Origin: the human T2T-CHM13v2.0 reference genome, Homo sapiens
Direction: 5' to 3' (one strand)
Length of the DNA: 64,000 nt
Assembly (NCBI RefSeq): GCF_009914755.1
Contig: NC_060929.1
The notes under the pieces were generated by a model that did no database searches, had not been told where the DNA came from, and was given only the letters and a program-made list of their open reading frames with translations. The position numbers and the translations under genes are program-made. Position 1 is the stretch's first letter, and each line of letters opens with the position of its first letter. Shown one piece after another: positions 39,395-52,438 of this stretch.

Positions 39395-39585
39395 TGCCCA
39401 ATCTGCCATCAATAGCCATGAGACTTTGTACAAGTTCATAAACACCAATTTTCTCATCTGAAAAATAGGGATAATAACAATACCTACTTCCCTATATTGT
39501 TTTGAGAATTAAGGGGGTTAATGCATGTGAAGTGTTCAGAAGAGTGTCTGGCACACAGTGAACACCTAATAAGCATTAGCTATGC
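39395..39585 (+). mobile_element. MIR SINE
   Basis: ttttctcatctgaaaaataggg ataataacaatacctac...gtgtctggcacacagtgaacacctaataagcattagctat. Confidence 0.85.
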
Positions 39586-39664
39586 CAATTATTTTCATCA
39601 GTATTATCTTTATTATTACCAAACATGGGTAAATATCTTTATTATTCTATCTCCTTTCTCTATG

Positions 39665-39965
39665 GCAGCGTTTCTCAAAATGTAATGTGTGTACCATTCA
39701 CCTAAGTAAGAATCATGCTAAAATGCAGATTCTGATTCCTTAGATCTGGATGAAGCCTAATTCTGCTTTTTAACGAGCTCCCAAGTAAGGCTGGTGCTAC
39801 CTATGAGAAGATTAACTGGCTGCATGTCATAATCATCTAGAAAGCTTTCAAAAAAATACCAGAGGCATAAATGTACCCTCCTCCTCCAGACCAATTAAAT
39901 CAAAGTCACTGATGGTGGGAACCCCAGGTCATTGCTATTTTCGAAACAGTTCCCCAAGAAAATCG
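39665..39965. mobile_element. Two adjacent MER5-family MITE fragments
   Basis: cagcgtttctcaaa...aaaatgcagattctgattc...ttttaacgagctccca; then tggctgcatgtcataatcatct...ccagaccaattaaatcaaa. Confidence 0.75.
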
Positions 39966-41529
39966 AACATGAGGATTAAACCCCTCTCTTACTACATAAG
40001 AATTTTTACACGCTCACAAATGATGGGGTAAAAAGAAATGCCAGTTCTCTCTATTACAAATTAAACTCTCATCCCACCTGGAAGAAGTTAGCAGCATAAA
40101 CTGTAACACATCTGAAGTGGTGCCCACGGTTACTCTTGCAAGCTTCTTATGGGAAACACAATATTTTGGTATTTCCCAACCTGGTGCTGTTAACAAGAAT
40201 CATCCCTTGTTTGTGTTTGTTAATCAGCTTGATGAGCAGTTTCTGTGTTGATCTTCCCAAACTGTGTTGGCCAGTTGCCAAATCAAGTGCATAAATTACA
40301 CACTGCCCTCTCTCCAAGCTGCTCCCAACCCTGCAGAACATCAGAAAGAATTTCCTTTGAATGCGCAAATCTGTGTAAGCCGATTGCTTAGACTGATACT
40401 TTGTGGGGTTGGTCTGATGTGACATGATCATGTGTCACAATATTATGACACTGTGATGACGTATTTTAATGTTAAGAAATAATATTTTGACCAATATCCA
40501 AATGTCAGTCTTTTTGAAAGGTCAGATTCTCTTTATATAATGGTGTTTCCTAGAGAAGTTATTTATAGGTCTTGAGGCTCCACGTACCAACCTAAGCACT
40601 CTATTCCAAGAACCAAGGAGCAACATATGGCTCAGCTCTACTGAGATTTGTTATCATAAAAGAATGCATGAGTGTGCTGGTAATTCCTTAACAAACATTA
40701 AGGAAAATGAGATGCCAATAATATGGAAATTTCAACATGGTTGACTTCTCTTTATAGAAGACACTCTGGGTATCGCTAAAGTCCTATTGACCTGGGACCT
40801 ATAGGACCAATTCTAATCTTTCTTCCATTTCTATGTGTTCCTGTGGTGATTTCTCACCAGGTATCCATTTTTAAACTGCGATCATTTTATATTCTCAGAT
40901 CAGGAGCTCTATGGTAGGAATCACCTTAGATTTGAAATTTCTAGCAGGTTATAACCCTCTTTGAGAAGTATGAGGGGAAAATAGAGAAGCAAGTAGTGAA
41001 ACCTGCATTCCTAACGACTATCTTCATTTGTTATGTGACTTGGTTGACACTATTAGAAAAATGTAGCTTGTATTATTTTTATTACTAATATTATTACTAT
41101 CATTATTATATACTTTAAGACATCTCTATCATCTCCCAATTACCAGGACATAAATCTAGATAGCAAATGTCTTTTTTCTTTATGTTATGCATATTCAGAA
41201 ATGGGTCTCCTTGTAAATGGCCAACCCATTTAACAAAAGAAGAAAGACCTGCCTAACAAAGGAAGAAATATATTCATTTATATATTCATAAAAATAAGAA
41301 TAAAATATAAAGCGCCCCCAATATTTGCATAGCAATGTCTAGTGCCTTCATGAACAGCAAAAAGAGACCTCTACTGCAAAATCCAGATATTAAAAATGAC
41401 TAAATAGGGAAGCAAGGATATTTAAAACTGGGATAATAGAGGTCATCTCTGAAAAATAATCTTAAGATGTGAATGCATAGAGTCAGCTACCTATGTCAAA
41501 AACTACCTATCATTATCTGTTTAAGAAAT

Positions 41530-41532
<3 letters not shown>

Positions 41533-41565
<33 letters not shown>
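41533..41565. repeat. (CA)n microsatellite
   Basis: About 16 perfect CA units. Confidence 0.97.
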
Positions 41566-41569
<4 letters not shown>

Positions 41570-41574
41570 AGAAG

Positions 41575-41692
41575 AATGAATATTCTGCAACAGATTGCTA
41601 ACAGTGGGGTAATGAGAATACATGGTTGTCTATTTTTTTAATGTTTCATAAGAAGCCTATATCACTACTTGTATAATCGGGAAACAATAACA
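41575..41692 (+). mobile_element. L1ME-like 3' end
   Basis: tgctaacagtgg...ctatatcactacttgtataatcgggaaacaataa. Confidence 0.45.
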
Positions 41693-42629
41693 ACTGTGGA
41701 TTGACTTGAAGTGCAATTTGTTTGTTTTTTTCTTTTTTCTTGTTTACGCTTTGTGATTACTTTAGAATCAATATATATTTTTATAATTCTTATTAAAAAG
41801 TTATTTTATACATGCCAGTATATTAATACTTAAGAAAAATTTCTCTGGATCTTTACTCCTAGGAAGTTAGATTTCCTTCTTTCTAATTCCTATTCAATGG
41901 CTAATTGGCTGATTGTGCCTTCTACCATAGATAATGCTTTCTCCGTTAGTATATATTTGGAACCTTTGTATTTCTTGAATGAAATCTCATTCAGTGTCTG
42001 TGGAAACCTGCTCCTGAGATGTTCACAGATCTTTTAAGTAGAGACGTAAGATTAAGGAGTCTTGCTGAAATATTCGTAGGTATATTTCTGAGGGCGTATG
42101 CTGTACCCTTATCTGACCCACAATACATCAAAACAGCATGGAGTTCATTTGGATTCAAATTCAATCAATCCCTGTCTCCTGGCATGAAGAATGAACTCTC
42201 TGGACTAAAGAATCTTTGATCAGGAATTCCACACTCTCTCCCAACACTCCCTTCTTATCCACCCCTACTCACCTATATCGCCATGGAGGGAGATAATTCT
42301 TACTTATAAAGATGGACAACTGAAACTTTGCATTACCACATAGAAAAAAAGACATTCTTGGATTTAACTTTTTGATGCAAAAAGGACATATCTGAAATAT
42401 GACGTAGGCCCTCATGCACAGGCAAGCTCAAGGATTGTGTTTGCTAGAACTAAAAATTAAGAAAAGAACAGTCCCCCACCCACCACAAAAGAAAAAAATT
42501 CAGCAGATATTTATAAAGTATGTGTACAGGATATCAAATATTTGAACAACCAGAATTTCATGCTATGATTTTTTTTCATATAATTGCTTGACATCCTTTC
42601 TAATCTATCATTTTACTCCTCATGTGTTG

Positions 42630-42961
42630 CATTCTCTGGACTCTGTCTGTATTTACACTGTTCCGTCTGCCTAGATTGCCCTAGCCCTTGTCCCCCTTAG
42701 TCAACAAATGCTAATACTCCAAAGACGGGAGAAGATGCTCCTTGTTTTTTCTTAGAGCATTTCTTGACCTCAGTGTAGAAATACTTCTTATTCACCTGTG
42801 ATCTCATAATATTCTGTGCATACATCTCTTATTTTTTCATCAAATACATTATTTGCACGTTATGACTTATAAATCCAGAATTCTGTGAGGGTAGAGACCA
42901 TGAATCCTTGTATTTCAACCTTAGCAAACAGTAGGCACTCAATAAATGCTTATTGGATGAA
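42630..42961 (+). mobile_element. L2 3' end
   Basis: cactgttccgtctgcctagattgccct...tgagggtagagacca...cagtaggcactcaataaatgcttattggatgaa. Confidence 0.75.
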
Positions 42962-43529
42962 GGTTTAATCATCCAATAGAGTTAGGGGGTTCTTGTCCTG
43001 AGGAGAGGAAGACAGGTAGAGTTAACCTTCAATGTACTAACAAGGCCGAGTCCATCTTTTTTCTATCAGAGTAACTGCACCAAGATGTCATGTAGCTTTT
43101 CTGAAGCCTCTAGAGAAATTCCATCCTCTGGTGGGAAAGGAGGGGAATAAAAAAGTTTGAGCTCAAGTCCATTAAATTCTTTTTAATAAGGCCTTACAAG
43201 GTATTCAGTATTTTGCTTTGATAGCTGTATAAAGTCAGTCTTCTGACAAATTTCATATTGCCTTTTTTTAAGATAAATTTTAATTATTAAAGTGTCCAGT
43301 GAAAGCCTGACGATTTGGAGGCTGCGAATTAGGGAGCAATGCTGAATGATGCAGTGTGACAGTCGTGTGCAATAATGGGAAATGTATTCATCTTAGATAA
43401 GAAAGGTCATTCCTTCCAGTGCCCCTAGCTCATTTGGAAGTCAAAATGGACTGTGAGATTTCTTGGGCTAGGGATGTGCAATATTTGGCTAAATATTCTA
43501 CCTCTTGCTGCCAGATGGAAGAGGGTACT

Positions 43530-43750
43530 GGGGAGCTAGTGTGGTAATGTGAACAAAGCATGGGTACTGCATTCAGAATCCCAGCTCTTTGCCTTACTAA
43601 GAGGTGTAGCTTAATGTCTCAATCTGCGTCTGGGTAATTTCATCTTTAAACTTGACATATAATAGCACCTACTTTAGAAGTTTGTTGGGAGGCTTAAATA
43701 AAGTCATGTATATAAAATTCTTACCATAGTATCTGCCACATACTAAGTGA
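43530..43750 (+). mobile_element. MIR SINE
   Basis: agctagtgtggtaatgtgaacaaagcatggg...gaatcccagctct...aatagcacctact...tctgccacatactaagtg. Confidence 0.8.
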
Positions 43751-44022
43751 GCTGGGATTCAAGTCCCTTTTTGTCGGTCTAGCTATATAAATGGAGAAAA
43801 TTTTTTAACTTTTTCAAATTTTATCCTTCCAATCCACCATACACTGTACGGTGCTTAGCAAAGAAGATATGATTATGTTGAAGTGTTCAGCGTTCGTAGC
43901 TGCTCAGCGACTGATATTATTCTACTCATATCTTAAAATAATCTCTGTTGAACTCAATGAAATGAATTCCCATAACCTCTTCACATCCTTGTCTCTCCTT
44001 GCTGTGTGTTTGTTAGAAAGAC

Positions 44023-44041
44023 AGTAGCCCCCTGTTGGTGG
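44023..44041 (-). promoter_or_regulatory. CTCF-like motif
   Basis: Minus strand CCACCAACAGGGGGCTACT resembles the CTCF core CCASYAGRKGGCRC. Confidence 0.35.
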
Positions 44042-45227
44042 TCCTTTGTCACTAAGAACTATCTTTAGGCTTTTTGAAATTCTATACTATATATTCCCAC
44101 GTGATTTTTCTTTCATTTTAGTTTATTCGAGTAAGTATTGTAGGTGTGGTAGAAGTAGAAAGATTAAGCAAAATAGAAAATGATTTCTCTAATAGTCTGC
44201 TTTAAATCTATATCTAATAATGGTAAAGATAATAATCAGTAAGAAAGCCTTGGCTTGGCTTCTCTCCTTTTATCTGGAGAACTCTTTTCTCTTCTTCATA
44301 TAGTATTACATATTGTAGATCTTGATAATTGAGTGAATAAGTGAAGTGTATTTTTTTTTCAATTTTATAAATTGGAATCTTAAGGTTGAGAAAAAGCAAA
44401 TCAGTCAGCAAATGGTTTCTGTTCAATTGCAGCCCCTCTTTCCATCTGAGCCAGACTCTTGGTCCTGCTTCAGAACAGTGACTCTTAAGTCCCTGTTGTA
44501 GTTTTCACATTTATAAATAAAAAGATTGAGGTGTGATCTCCTGGAGTTACATTAAGCCCTTGAACATTCTGTAATATTATGACTCTTCAGCAATGTTGCT
44601 ATAACTAGAATCCATTGCCATGCTTCTTGGTTTAGTCTTTCCTGTATTGCAACTTAATGTGTTCACTTTCTGCACTTAGGAGAACTTTCCTGTCTTTTGT
44701 AGAGTAACCAGCATATATCTTAAGCCCAGAATGTCTGAACACATGAGTAAATACAGAGTGAGCTGAGATGAAGGGTAACCTTGAAAACAGTGAAGTCACG
44801 TGTATGCTCACTTAGACAGTTAATGGGGTTCTGTTGATTGGTACAGAAATAAGTGACTGGGTTAGCTTATGAGGGCACAAATAACAAATGTAAAGGTAAA
44901 TTTTACAGATTCTTTAATATATTCCCTTAACTCTCTTAAGTTCCTAAATTCCTCTTGTGATGATAGAAAACACAGGCAGCAAAGGTTTTGGCATTCACTG
45001 TACCAGCATTTGTGGGTCCTCTGGGAACCTCATACCAACGTGTTTGAAGCTGTTGAGTGGAATAGAGAAGAAAGGAATGGCTACTCTTCCAAAATTCAAT
45101 TCATTGGGGTGCAGTATTGTAACAAGTTGGTTATATACATTATCTATCACAAAGAAAAATAGATGTTCCTTGACCATTTTTGTGAGAAAAGTCCTTTGTA
45201 CTAAGCAATATAGAATGTATCCCAAAG

Positions 45228-45440
45228 CAGTGCTGCTCAAAGTTAATCTGCAGAACAAACTGCTACCAATCCACAATAAGATACATGGAGAAAGTGAGAG
45301 TGTTTAGAAACTTTTTAGAGCAATTTGATATAACCAGGATATTCATTTTTCTATTCATTTTTATTATATTTTACATCTGTGACAGATCGGATTTTAAAAA
45401 CAAAAATCAGTTGTTCTACAGATAACTTGAGAAAGACTGT
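45228..45440. mobile_element. hAT-Charlie family MITE
   Basis: Terminal inverted repeats cagtgctgctcaa / ttgagaaagactg; internal tttagaaactttttagagcaatttga. Confidence 0.6.
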
Positions 45441-45749
45441 TCTAGAAGGAATACAGTTTTAAAAAATGAAGAATAAGGAATAAAGCTAGGGTGGGCCACC
45501 TAAAAATTTTCATGTGACTATCCATCTGTAAGTACGAGTATGTTTGTGCAAACTGCAGGCACCCTTTCTTTAGTTCTGTGTGTTAGGCCCTGGGCTTAAT
45601 ACTTTCCTTCTCTTATGTCTTTTAATCCTTGAGAAACTATGTGCTGGATGTTTTTTAGACCCTTATATTTTTGGCCCCAAAGTGGATTTTCTCACAAAAT
45701 GGCAGTTATCAGCAGAAAGCCCTGGTTTAAGTTTTCACTCTCATTACAT

Positions 45750-46090
45750 CGATCCCCTGCTGTCAAAATGGGCTCCTGATCCAGGAAACAAGGTTCCCCC
45801 AGATCCTGTGAGCACGGAGCCATCGGCCCCTGCTCAAGAGTCCCAGTCAGGTGGAGCCCTGTGCTTCGCTGTAGAGCTGTTCAGGAAATTGACAAATTTA
45901 CAGCCCTGTCGCTGCCGTCCTTTCAGTGGGGAAGCGCGGCTTCTCTTCCAGCAAGCGGACTTAGATGTCTGTTTACTGTTTCCCTCAAATGTGAGCCCTG
46001 CTGGTGATGCACGTCGCAAATGGAAGTAATATCATTTGAAGCAGTCCCGCTAGAAGCCCAGGAGCAATCTAACTGCATTAACTCTTCCGT
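45750..46090. promoter_or_regulatory. CpG-retaining candidate enhancer or promoter
   Basis: 13 CpGs in about 340 bp of non-repeat DNA; forkhead TGTTTAC at 45970; CTCF-like gagccctgctggtg at 45993. Confidence 0.4.
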
Positions 46091-46492
46091 CTGAGTGGAG
46101 GAGGCTGAAGAGGGTACAGGACTGGACTGAGCTGAAGTGAAGAAAATAGAGCAATACACAATCCTTGACTGCAAGTAGCAGGGGTGCCTAAAGAGGTTTC
46201 ACTTACTGCCTTCAAATGAATGACACCGGGGTGTCACAGGACATCTAATATTCTGTTGACAAATCTTGCTAAGCATTGGAAGTGGCTGAAGCAGTGGCTT
46301 CCTGTATTTTTGAGGGGTTTCTAATGTTGTATTCCCCCCTTATACCTCTCAGATTCTGCGGATTGTTGTTTCTGTATGTACAGGAATGCCCTGTGCTGGT
46401 GGTTCTGAAATACTAGGCCAAGAACTGCAGGCTTGCTTTATTGTTTTCAGAAACTGCAGTCTACTATTTCTTTTTCTAATGAGCATACTATC

Positions 46493-46928
46493 ATTTTATT
46501 TTATTTCACTGTTTTCTATTTTCCCAGCTTTACTAAGTTATAATTAACTAATTAAAATTGTATCTATTTGCAATGTATAGCTGTGTTTTGATATGCATAC
46601 ATTGTGGAATGATTAAATCAGACAGTCTGACACGTCCATCACTTCACACTTATCTTTTTTTTTTTGCAACATTTAAGATACTCTCTCAGTAATTTTCAAA
46701 TATACTATGCTTTTTGTTAACTACAGTTACCGTGCTGTACAATATATTTCCAGAACTTATTCATCCTCTCTAACTGAAACTTTGTACCCTTTGACTAGTA
46801 TCTCCCCATTCCCACCCTGCACCTCTCACCCACCCCTTTCTCCTCTCTAAGTTCAATGTTTTCAGATTCCACGTGTAAGTGAGATCATGTGGCATTTGTC
46901 TTTCTGTGCCTGGCTTATTTCACTTATT
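46493..46928 (-). mobile_element. L1MA-type 3' end
   Basis: ccagaacttattcatcct...actgaaactttgtaccctttgac; agattccacgtgtaagtgagatcatgtggcatttgtctttctgtgcctggcttatttcactta. Confidence 0.9.
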
Positions 46929-47224
46929 AATAAATAAACTAAGATTCAAAGCTGTTGGGGTTTTGTAGCTTTCTTGTAATAAATAATAGCCAATTAGTTA
47001 TCCTGCAATGGGCGTTAGGACTCAGACATTTCTCTGTCCATACTTGAACTCCTATAAACCTTATTACCCAGCACGTTGTCTTTTCACAGCCTGATTTATG
47101 CTGTGGATTTGATTGTTTCCTAGGTATAGTGGAAAAAGAGCATCTCTTAATACCATTCATTTATTCAGTGCATCTTTACTTAGAATTTTCTTCAAACACG
47201 GATATTAAGCTGCCCTAAGTGGTC

Positions 47225-47340
47225 TGTGTGGCCTCATCTTTAATCTCATGGCCACACCATGAGGCTCCTGTTAATACCCTCCCCATTTTCAGGTGAGGAA
47301 ACTGAATATTAGAAAAGGCAAATAAATTGCCTGACGTCTT
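47225..47340 (-). mobile_element. MIR core
   Basis: ccccattttcaggtgaggaaactgaa...aaataaattgcctga. Confidence 0.75.
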
Positions 47341-47492
47341 AGGATCATGAAAGTTGTTCTTTGTCTCATTAAGACATTTAAGGTGGTGTTAGACAAGATA
47401 TACAAAAAGTTTAGTTACAAGTCATTAGAATTTATATATACAACTCTCTGTCATGCATGCTCTCTCTCTCTCTCTCTCTTTTTATATATATA

Positions 47493-47853
47493 TGTATATA
47501 AAATTAGCCCGTTTTCAAGTTGCTAATAAAGACATACCCGAGACTGGGTATTTTATACAGGAAAGAGGTTTAATGGACTTACAGTTCCATGTGGCTGGGG
47601 AGGCCTCACAGTCATGGTGGAAGGCAAGGAGGAGCAAGTCACGTCTTACGTGGATGGCAGCAGGCAAAGAGAGAGTTTGTGCAGGGGAACTCCCGTTTTT
47701 AAAACCATCAGATCTCATGAGACTTATTCACTATCACAAGAACATCAGGGGAAAGACCTGCCCCCATAATTCAATTACCTCCTACCAAGTTCTTCCCACA
47801 GCCTGTGGGAATTCAAGATGAGATTTGGGTGGTGACACAGCCAAACCGTATCT
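47493..47853 (-). mobile_element. THE1 solo LTR (THE1A-like)
   Basis: aataaagacatacccgagactggg...cacgtcttacgtggatggcagcaggcaaagagagag...gagatttgggtggtgacacagccaaaccgtatc. Confidence 0.93.
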
Positions 47854-47855
47854 CC

Positions 47856-47983
47856 TATATGTGTATATATACATATCTATATATGTATATATACACACAC
47901 ATATATACACACACCCATATATACACACATATGTGTATATATACACATATATATACACATATACACATATATATTTGTGTGTA

Positions 47984-48016
<33 letters not shown>
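47856..48016. repeat. Compound TA/CA/TG microsatellite
   Basis: Alternating purine-pyrimidine run that switches from CA-rich to TG-rich. Confidence 0.95.
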
Positions 48017-48596
48017 GCTATCCTGTAAACTGTATAATCTAATCTAGATGATGTGATGAAAGCAAGACATGGGACTATAGTCCCCAACTTTCACAAAATA
48101 TTTATCCAGTAGAAACATAGAATATGTATCCAAAATATGAATGTGAAAACTAGAATGTGATATGAGATGAACTTTCAGATCTTCCTCCTAAATCAAAATT
48201 ACAATGACCTGATTTGGATGATTCAGGAGTGCTTTGAAGGAGATAGTATATTAGTAGAAACTTGAAAGACCCTCACCGTTAGAGATAGGAAGGTAAAAGA
48301 TTCCAGGAGAAATCACAGGAAAGCAGAAAAATTGAAATAGTGAAAGATAGTATGGCTTGGGTAAAAATGTTTATGAAAGGGTTTAGTAAGAGTTAAAGCA
48401 AAACAGTGGATTCGGGTGAGGAAATGGATAACCCGAAAAACAAGCCAATGAACTTGGTAAGAATGAAGTTTCTGAACTTGGAGGTACCATGTTCATAGTG
48501 GTTTTGGAAAGTTTTATTTGTACAGGCTTGAGTACAATGGGTTATGGCAGAAGCTTGGGAGAGGCAAAGCATGCAGAGAAATTGGCCAGGTGGTTG

Positions 48597-48930
48597 TTTT
48601 TCTTTGTTTGTTTGTTTGTTTGTTGTTTTTTTGAGACAGAGTCTCAGCCTGTCTCCGAGCCTGGAGCACATGGAGCGCCATGGTGCAATCATGGCTCACC
48701 GTAGCCTTGACCTACTGAGCTCAAATAAGTGATCTTCACACCTTAGCCTCCCAAGTAGTTGGGACTACAGGCATGCATCACCACGCTTGGCTAACTTTTT
48801 TTTTATTGTTTATAGAAATGGGGTCTAGTTATGTTGCCCAGGCTGATCTCAAATTCCTGAGCTGAAGAAATCCTACCACTTCAGCCTCCCAAAGTGCTGG
48901 GATTACAGGAGTGAGCCATCATGCCTGGTT
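48597..48930 (-). mobile_element. AluJ (Jo/Jr-like)
   Basis: (TTTG)n tail; atcatggctcaccgtagccttgacc and tatgttgcccaggctg J diagnostics. Confidence 0.92.
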
Positions 48931-49585
48931 GGCTGTTCTTATATAGTTGTTAAGTAACATAGCATGGCAGGGGATGCAACAGAAATGGAAAGGAAGATCT
49001 AGATGTGTGATATATGAAGGAGTGGAATCAATAAAAATTGACAGCATGGTATTGGAGTCCAACATACTGGTTCTTAACTAGTGTTCAAACTCCTGTCACT
49101 TGTTAGACTTGTGGTTTGTAGACAAGCTATTGAACCTCTCAGAGGCTTGAAGAAGCAACAAGCTTGAGGTTTAGGCCTTGCTGAGTCACTGAGTGTGTGT
49201 CCATAAGGAAGGACACATCTGAAGCATGAAAGAGTGATCAGGTGAGGATAAGAGCTGAATAACTAAAGATGCGACCCTGCCAGTGGTGTCCAAATGTGTT
49301 GATAAAACCCAAAACAGTTACTTACCAAGTGTCAAATGAGGATTACATTGATGTCTCATAGATGTAAGATCTCAGAGGCTAAGAATACTCATAAGGGACT
49401 GTGGGTAGTCCTCAGCTGGGTAGAGGAAAAAATAAAATAGGCGTTCTAAGGGAGGATGCCAATGTGAGTCAGGCTTGGAGACAAGAATGCTCCCTTTGCA
49501 TTTCAAAGAGCGTGAAAACCACTTTAATGGACTGCAAAAACATAAGACTCCAAAAGAAGGCTGGGGCCCTGTGCAAATTGCCTTT

Positions 49586-49751
49586 GGATTTGCAGATTTA
49601 GCAAATAAAAATACAGGAGAGCCAGTTAAATTTGAATTTCAGATAAACAACAAGTAATCTTTTTTAGCATAAGTATGCACTGAGCAAAATTATCAATTGT
49701 TTATCCAAAATCCAAATTTAACTGGGTGTCCTATATTTTATCTGGCAACTC
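49586..49751. mobile_element. MER53 palindromic MITE with central deletion
   Basis: cagatttagcaaataaaaatacagga..ccagttaaatttgaatttcagataaacaa / ttgtttatccaaaatccaaatttaactgggtgtcctatattttatctggcaac. Confidence 0.88.
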
Positions 49752-50650
49752 GATGTGGAGTGCCACAGGAAAGCATTTGGACTTTATTCAGCGAGAACCA
49801 TTTGAGTGGTATCTGAGCAATGGAGTGACAAGATAAAATAATTCTTAGGATAATTAATTTGGTGTGCGGGATAGAGGAGACGAGACCTCGAATGGAGAGG
49901 ACAGCTGTGATGGCGTAGGGATAACACGGTGAGAGCTGATGAGAACTCCCCTTTCTTCTATTATCGTCTGTCAACGTGGATTTCCATTCTGTCCTGTCAC
50001 TCCAGTTGTCCCTCATTCCTGATGTCACCTACATCTCCTGCAGAATACATGATGACCTGCACTTCTTGAGGTTAAAATTTCTCCTTAACATGATTCCTTC
50101 TTTCTTTTGTTTTTCTATCTTTGTCAGTTGGCAGCATGTTGTTAACACAGTAGTTCTAGGTTAAGTAAAATCATCATTTCTCAGAGATAAAAATAGTTGT
50201 CTATTTTCTTTTCAAACCCAGTTGTAAAACTTGTGTGAGTCCAAGTTGGGATAACTTTTCAGTCTCCTTTTCTGCTTGTACCTCTCAATGCATCTCTTCA
50301 GAAGATTCCAGTAAGATGTCCACAGGGTACACAACATAAGTTATTGACCATTTGGGGTTGGGGGGTATCTGCTTATACGACACTCTAGCCACACTGTAAC
50401 AGAGGTAGGAGGTTAGAGATACTCAAGCTCCCCTTTGTCCCTTTTCTGCGCCTCAAAGGGGTGACATAAATACAAGGGTTGAGGGAAATGGGACCTTAGA
50501 GACAAGGAGAAGTCTAGCAGAGATGACTGTGGTGATGCTGCTTACAGGAAACCCAGGCCCTGCTTGAAGAAAAGCCAAAGTCATAGGTGAGAAAACAGTG
50601 GCAAGGAGAAGACACAAAACATGCAGACATTCACTGAAGACTAAGATTAA

Positions 50651-51013
50651 GCCATGATTTTAATACGTCCTCTCCAAAATTCATGGTGAAACTTTATTCT
50701 CATTGTGCACGCATTTAGGGAGTGATTCAGACACGATGACTACACCATCATAAATGGCTTAGTGCTTTATAAAAGGGCTGGGGGAAACTAGCTTTGGCCC
50801 TTTGGCCCTTCCACATTCTGCCATGTAAAGACACAATGTTCATCTCCTCTGGAGGATGCAGCATCAAGATGTCATTCCCTCACCAAAAACTGAACTTGCC
50901 AGTATCTTGAACTTGGACTTCCCAGCCACCAGAACTATGAGAAATAAGTTTCTATTCTTTATAAATTACTTAGTCTCAGGTATTTTGTTAGAGTAGCATA
51001 AATGGACTAAGAC
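50651..51013 (+). mobile_element. MaLR solo LTR (MLT1A/MST-like)
   Basis: tccaaaattcatggtgaaac...cttggacttcccagccaccagaactatgagaaataagtttct...aatggactaagaca. Confidence 0.88.
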
Positions 51014-51249
51014 AAGCCATAAGAATTAGAGCTCACAAATCAAAGGCAAGAAATCAGAGTGGTTCATAAACTCAACCTGCTTATGGTTGTGCAGGGCACT
51101 TGGGTCAAGGGAGCAAGAGGCACTGAAATCTAGCTTAGGATCCCTTTGCCAAGCAGTCTACATGGTTGCATCCAGTAAAAAGGGACAGCTTTATCTTATT
51201 AGTGTGAAGATACTCTATAGGCTAGTGGTGGGATTACACCATGCAGAGT

Positions 51250-51430
51250 GTGAATCCTGGCAAGTAGTTGAACCGTATGATCTGATACTTGATCATCCTG
51301 AACCTGAGTCTCTTCACCTGTAAATAGTCTAATAATAATACCCACCTAGGCTCATTCTGAGGGTTAACAAGATTGATAAGCTATAATATACAAAATTTTT
51401 ATCATAATGACTGGCATGTGGCTACAAATA
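51250..51430 (+). mobile_element. MIR fragment
   Basis: ctgaacctgagtctcttcacctgtaaatagtctaataataatacccacct. Confidence 0.65.
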
Positions 51431-51539
51431 AATAATAACCGCTACCAGGAAAACTCTAAAAAAAAAGACCCAAAGGGTGTACTAAGCTATTTAGAAGTCA
51501 AGTAAAATGCCTTGAAGGCAGATTTAACTTTATAAAGAT

Positions 51540-51742
51540 AATGATCAGCAAACTTATTCTATAAAGGGCCAGATAGTAAATATGTAAGGCTTTGTGAGCC
51601 ATAATCTCTCTTCTCTATCCCATATACTTAAAAAAAAAAATAACCCTTTAAAAGTAGAAAAATCATGCTTAGCTGGTGGGCAATAAAAAAAACAGGCTGC
51701 AGACTAGATTTGGATCATGTACTATAGTTTTCTCACTCCTAG
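51540..51742. mobile_element. MER58 (C-like) hAT MITE
   Basis: cagcaaacttattctataaagggccagatagtaaata...aacaggctgcagactagatttgg...tatagttt. Confidence 0.8.
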
Positions 51743-51878
51743 AACTCAAAGAGAATAGTAGTCTATGAGTTCAGAAATTTGGGATACCTATGATTTTAGC
51801 ATGGAGCCAGGCAACAAACAGGTAGAACTCATTACTTGCTTGCCCTAAGGCCTCAGACTTACGGTTGATGAGAGACTA

Positions 51879-52206
<328 letters not shown>

Positions 52207-52209
52207 TTA

Positions 52210-52438
<229 letters not shown>

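Noticed and set aside
45580-46029. 149-aa ORF over the CpG-rich block
   Set aside because: Non-ATG start, no recognisable domain; openness is explained by the locally higher GC
47453-48087. ORFs of 67-122 aa
   Set aside because: THE1 LTR and microsatellite translations
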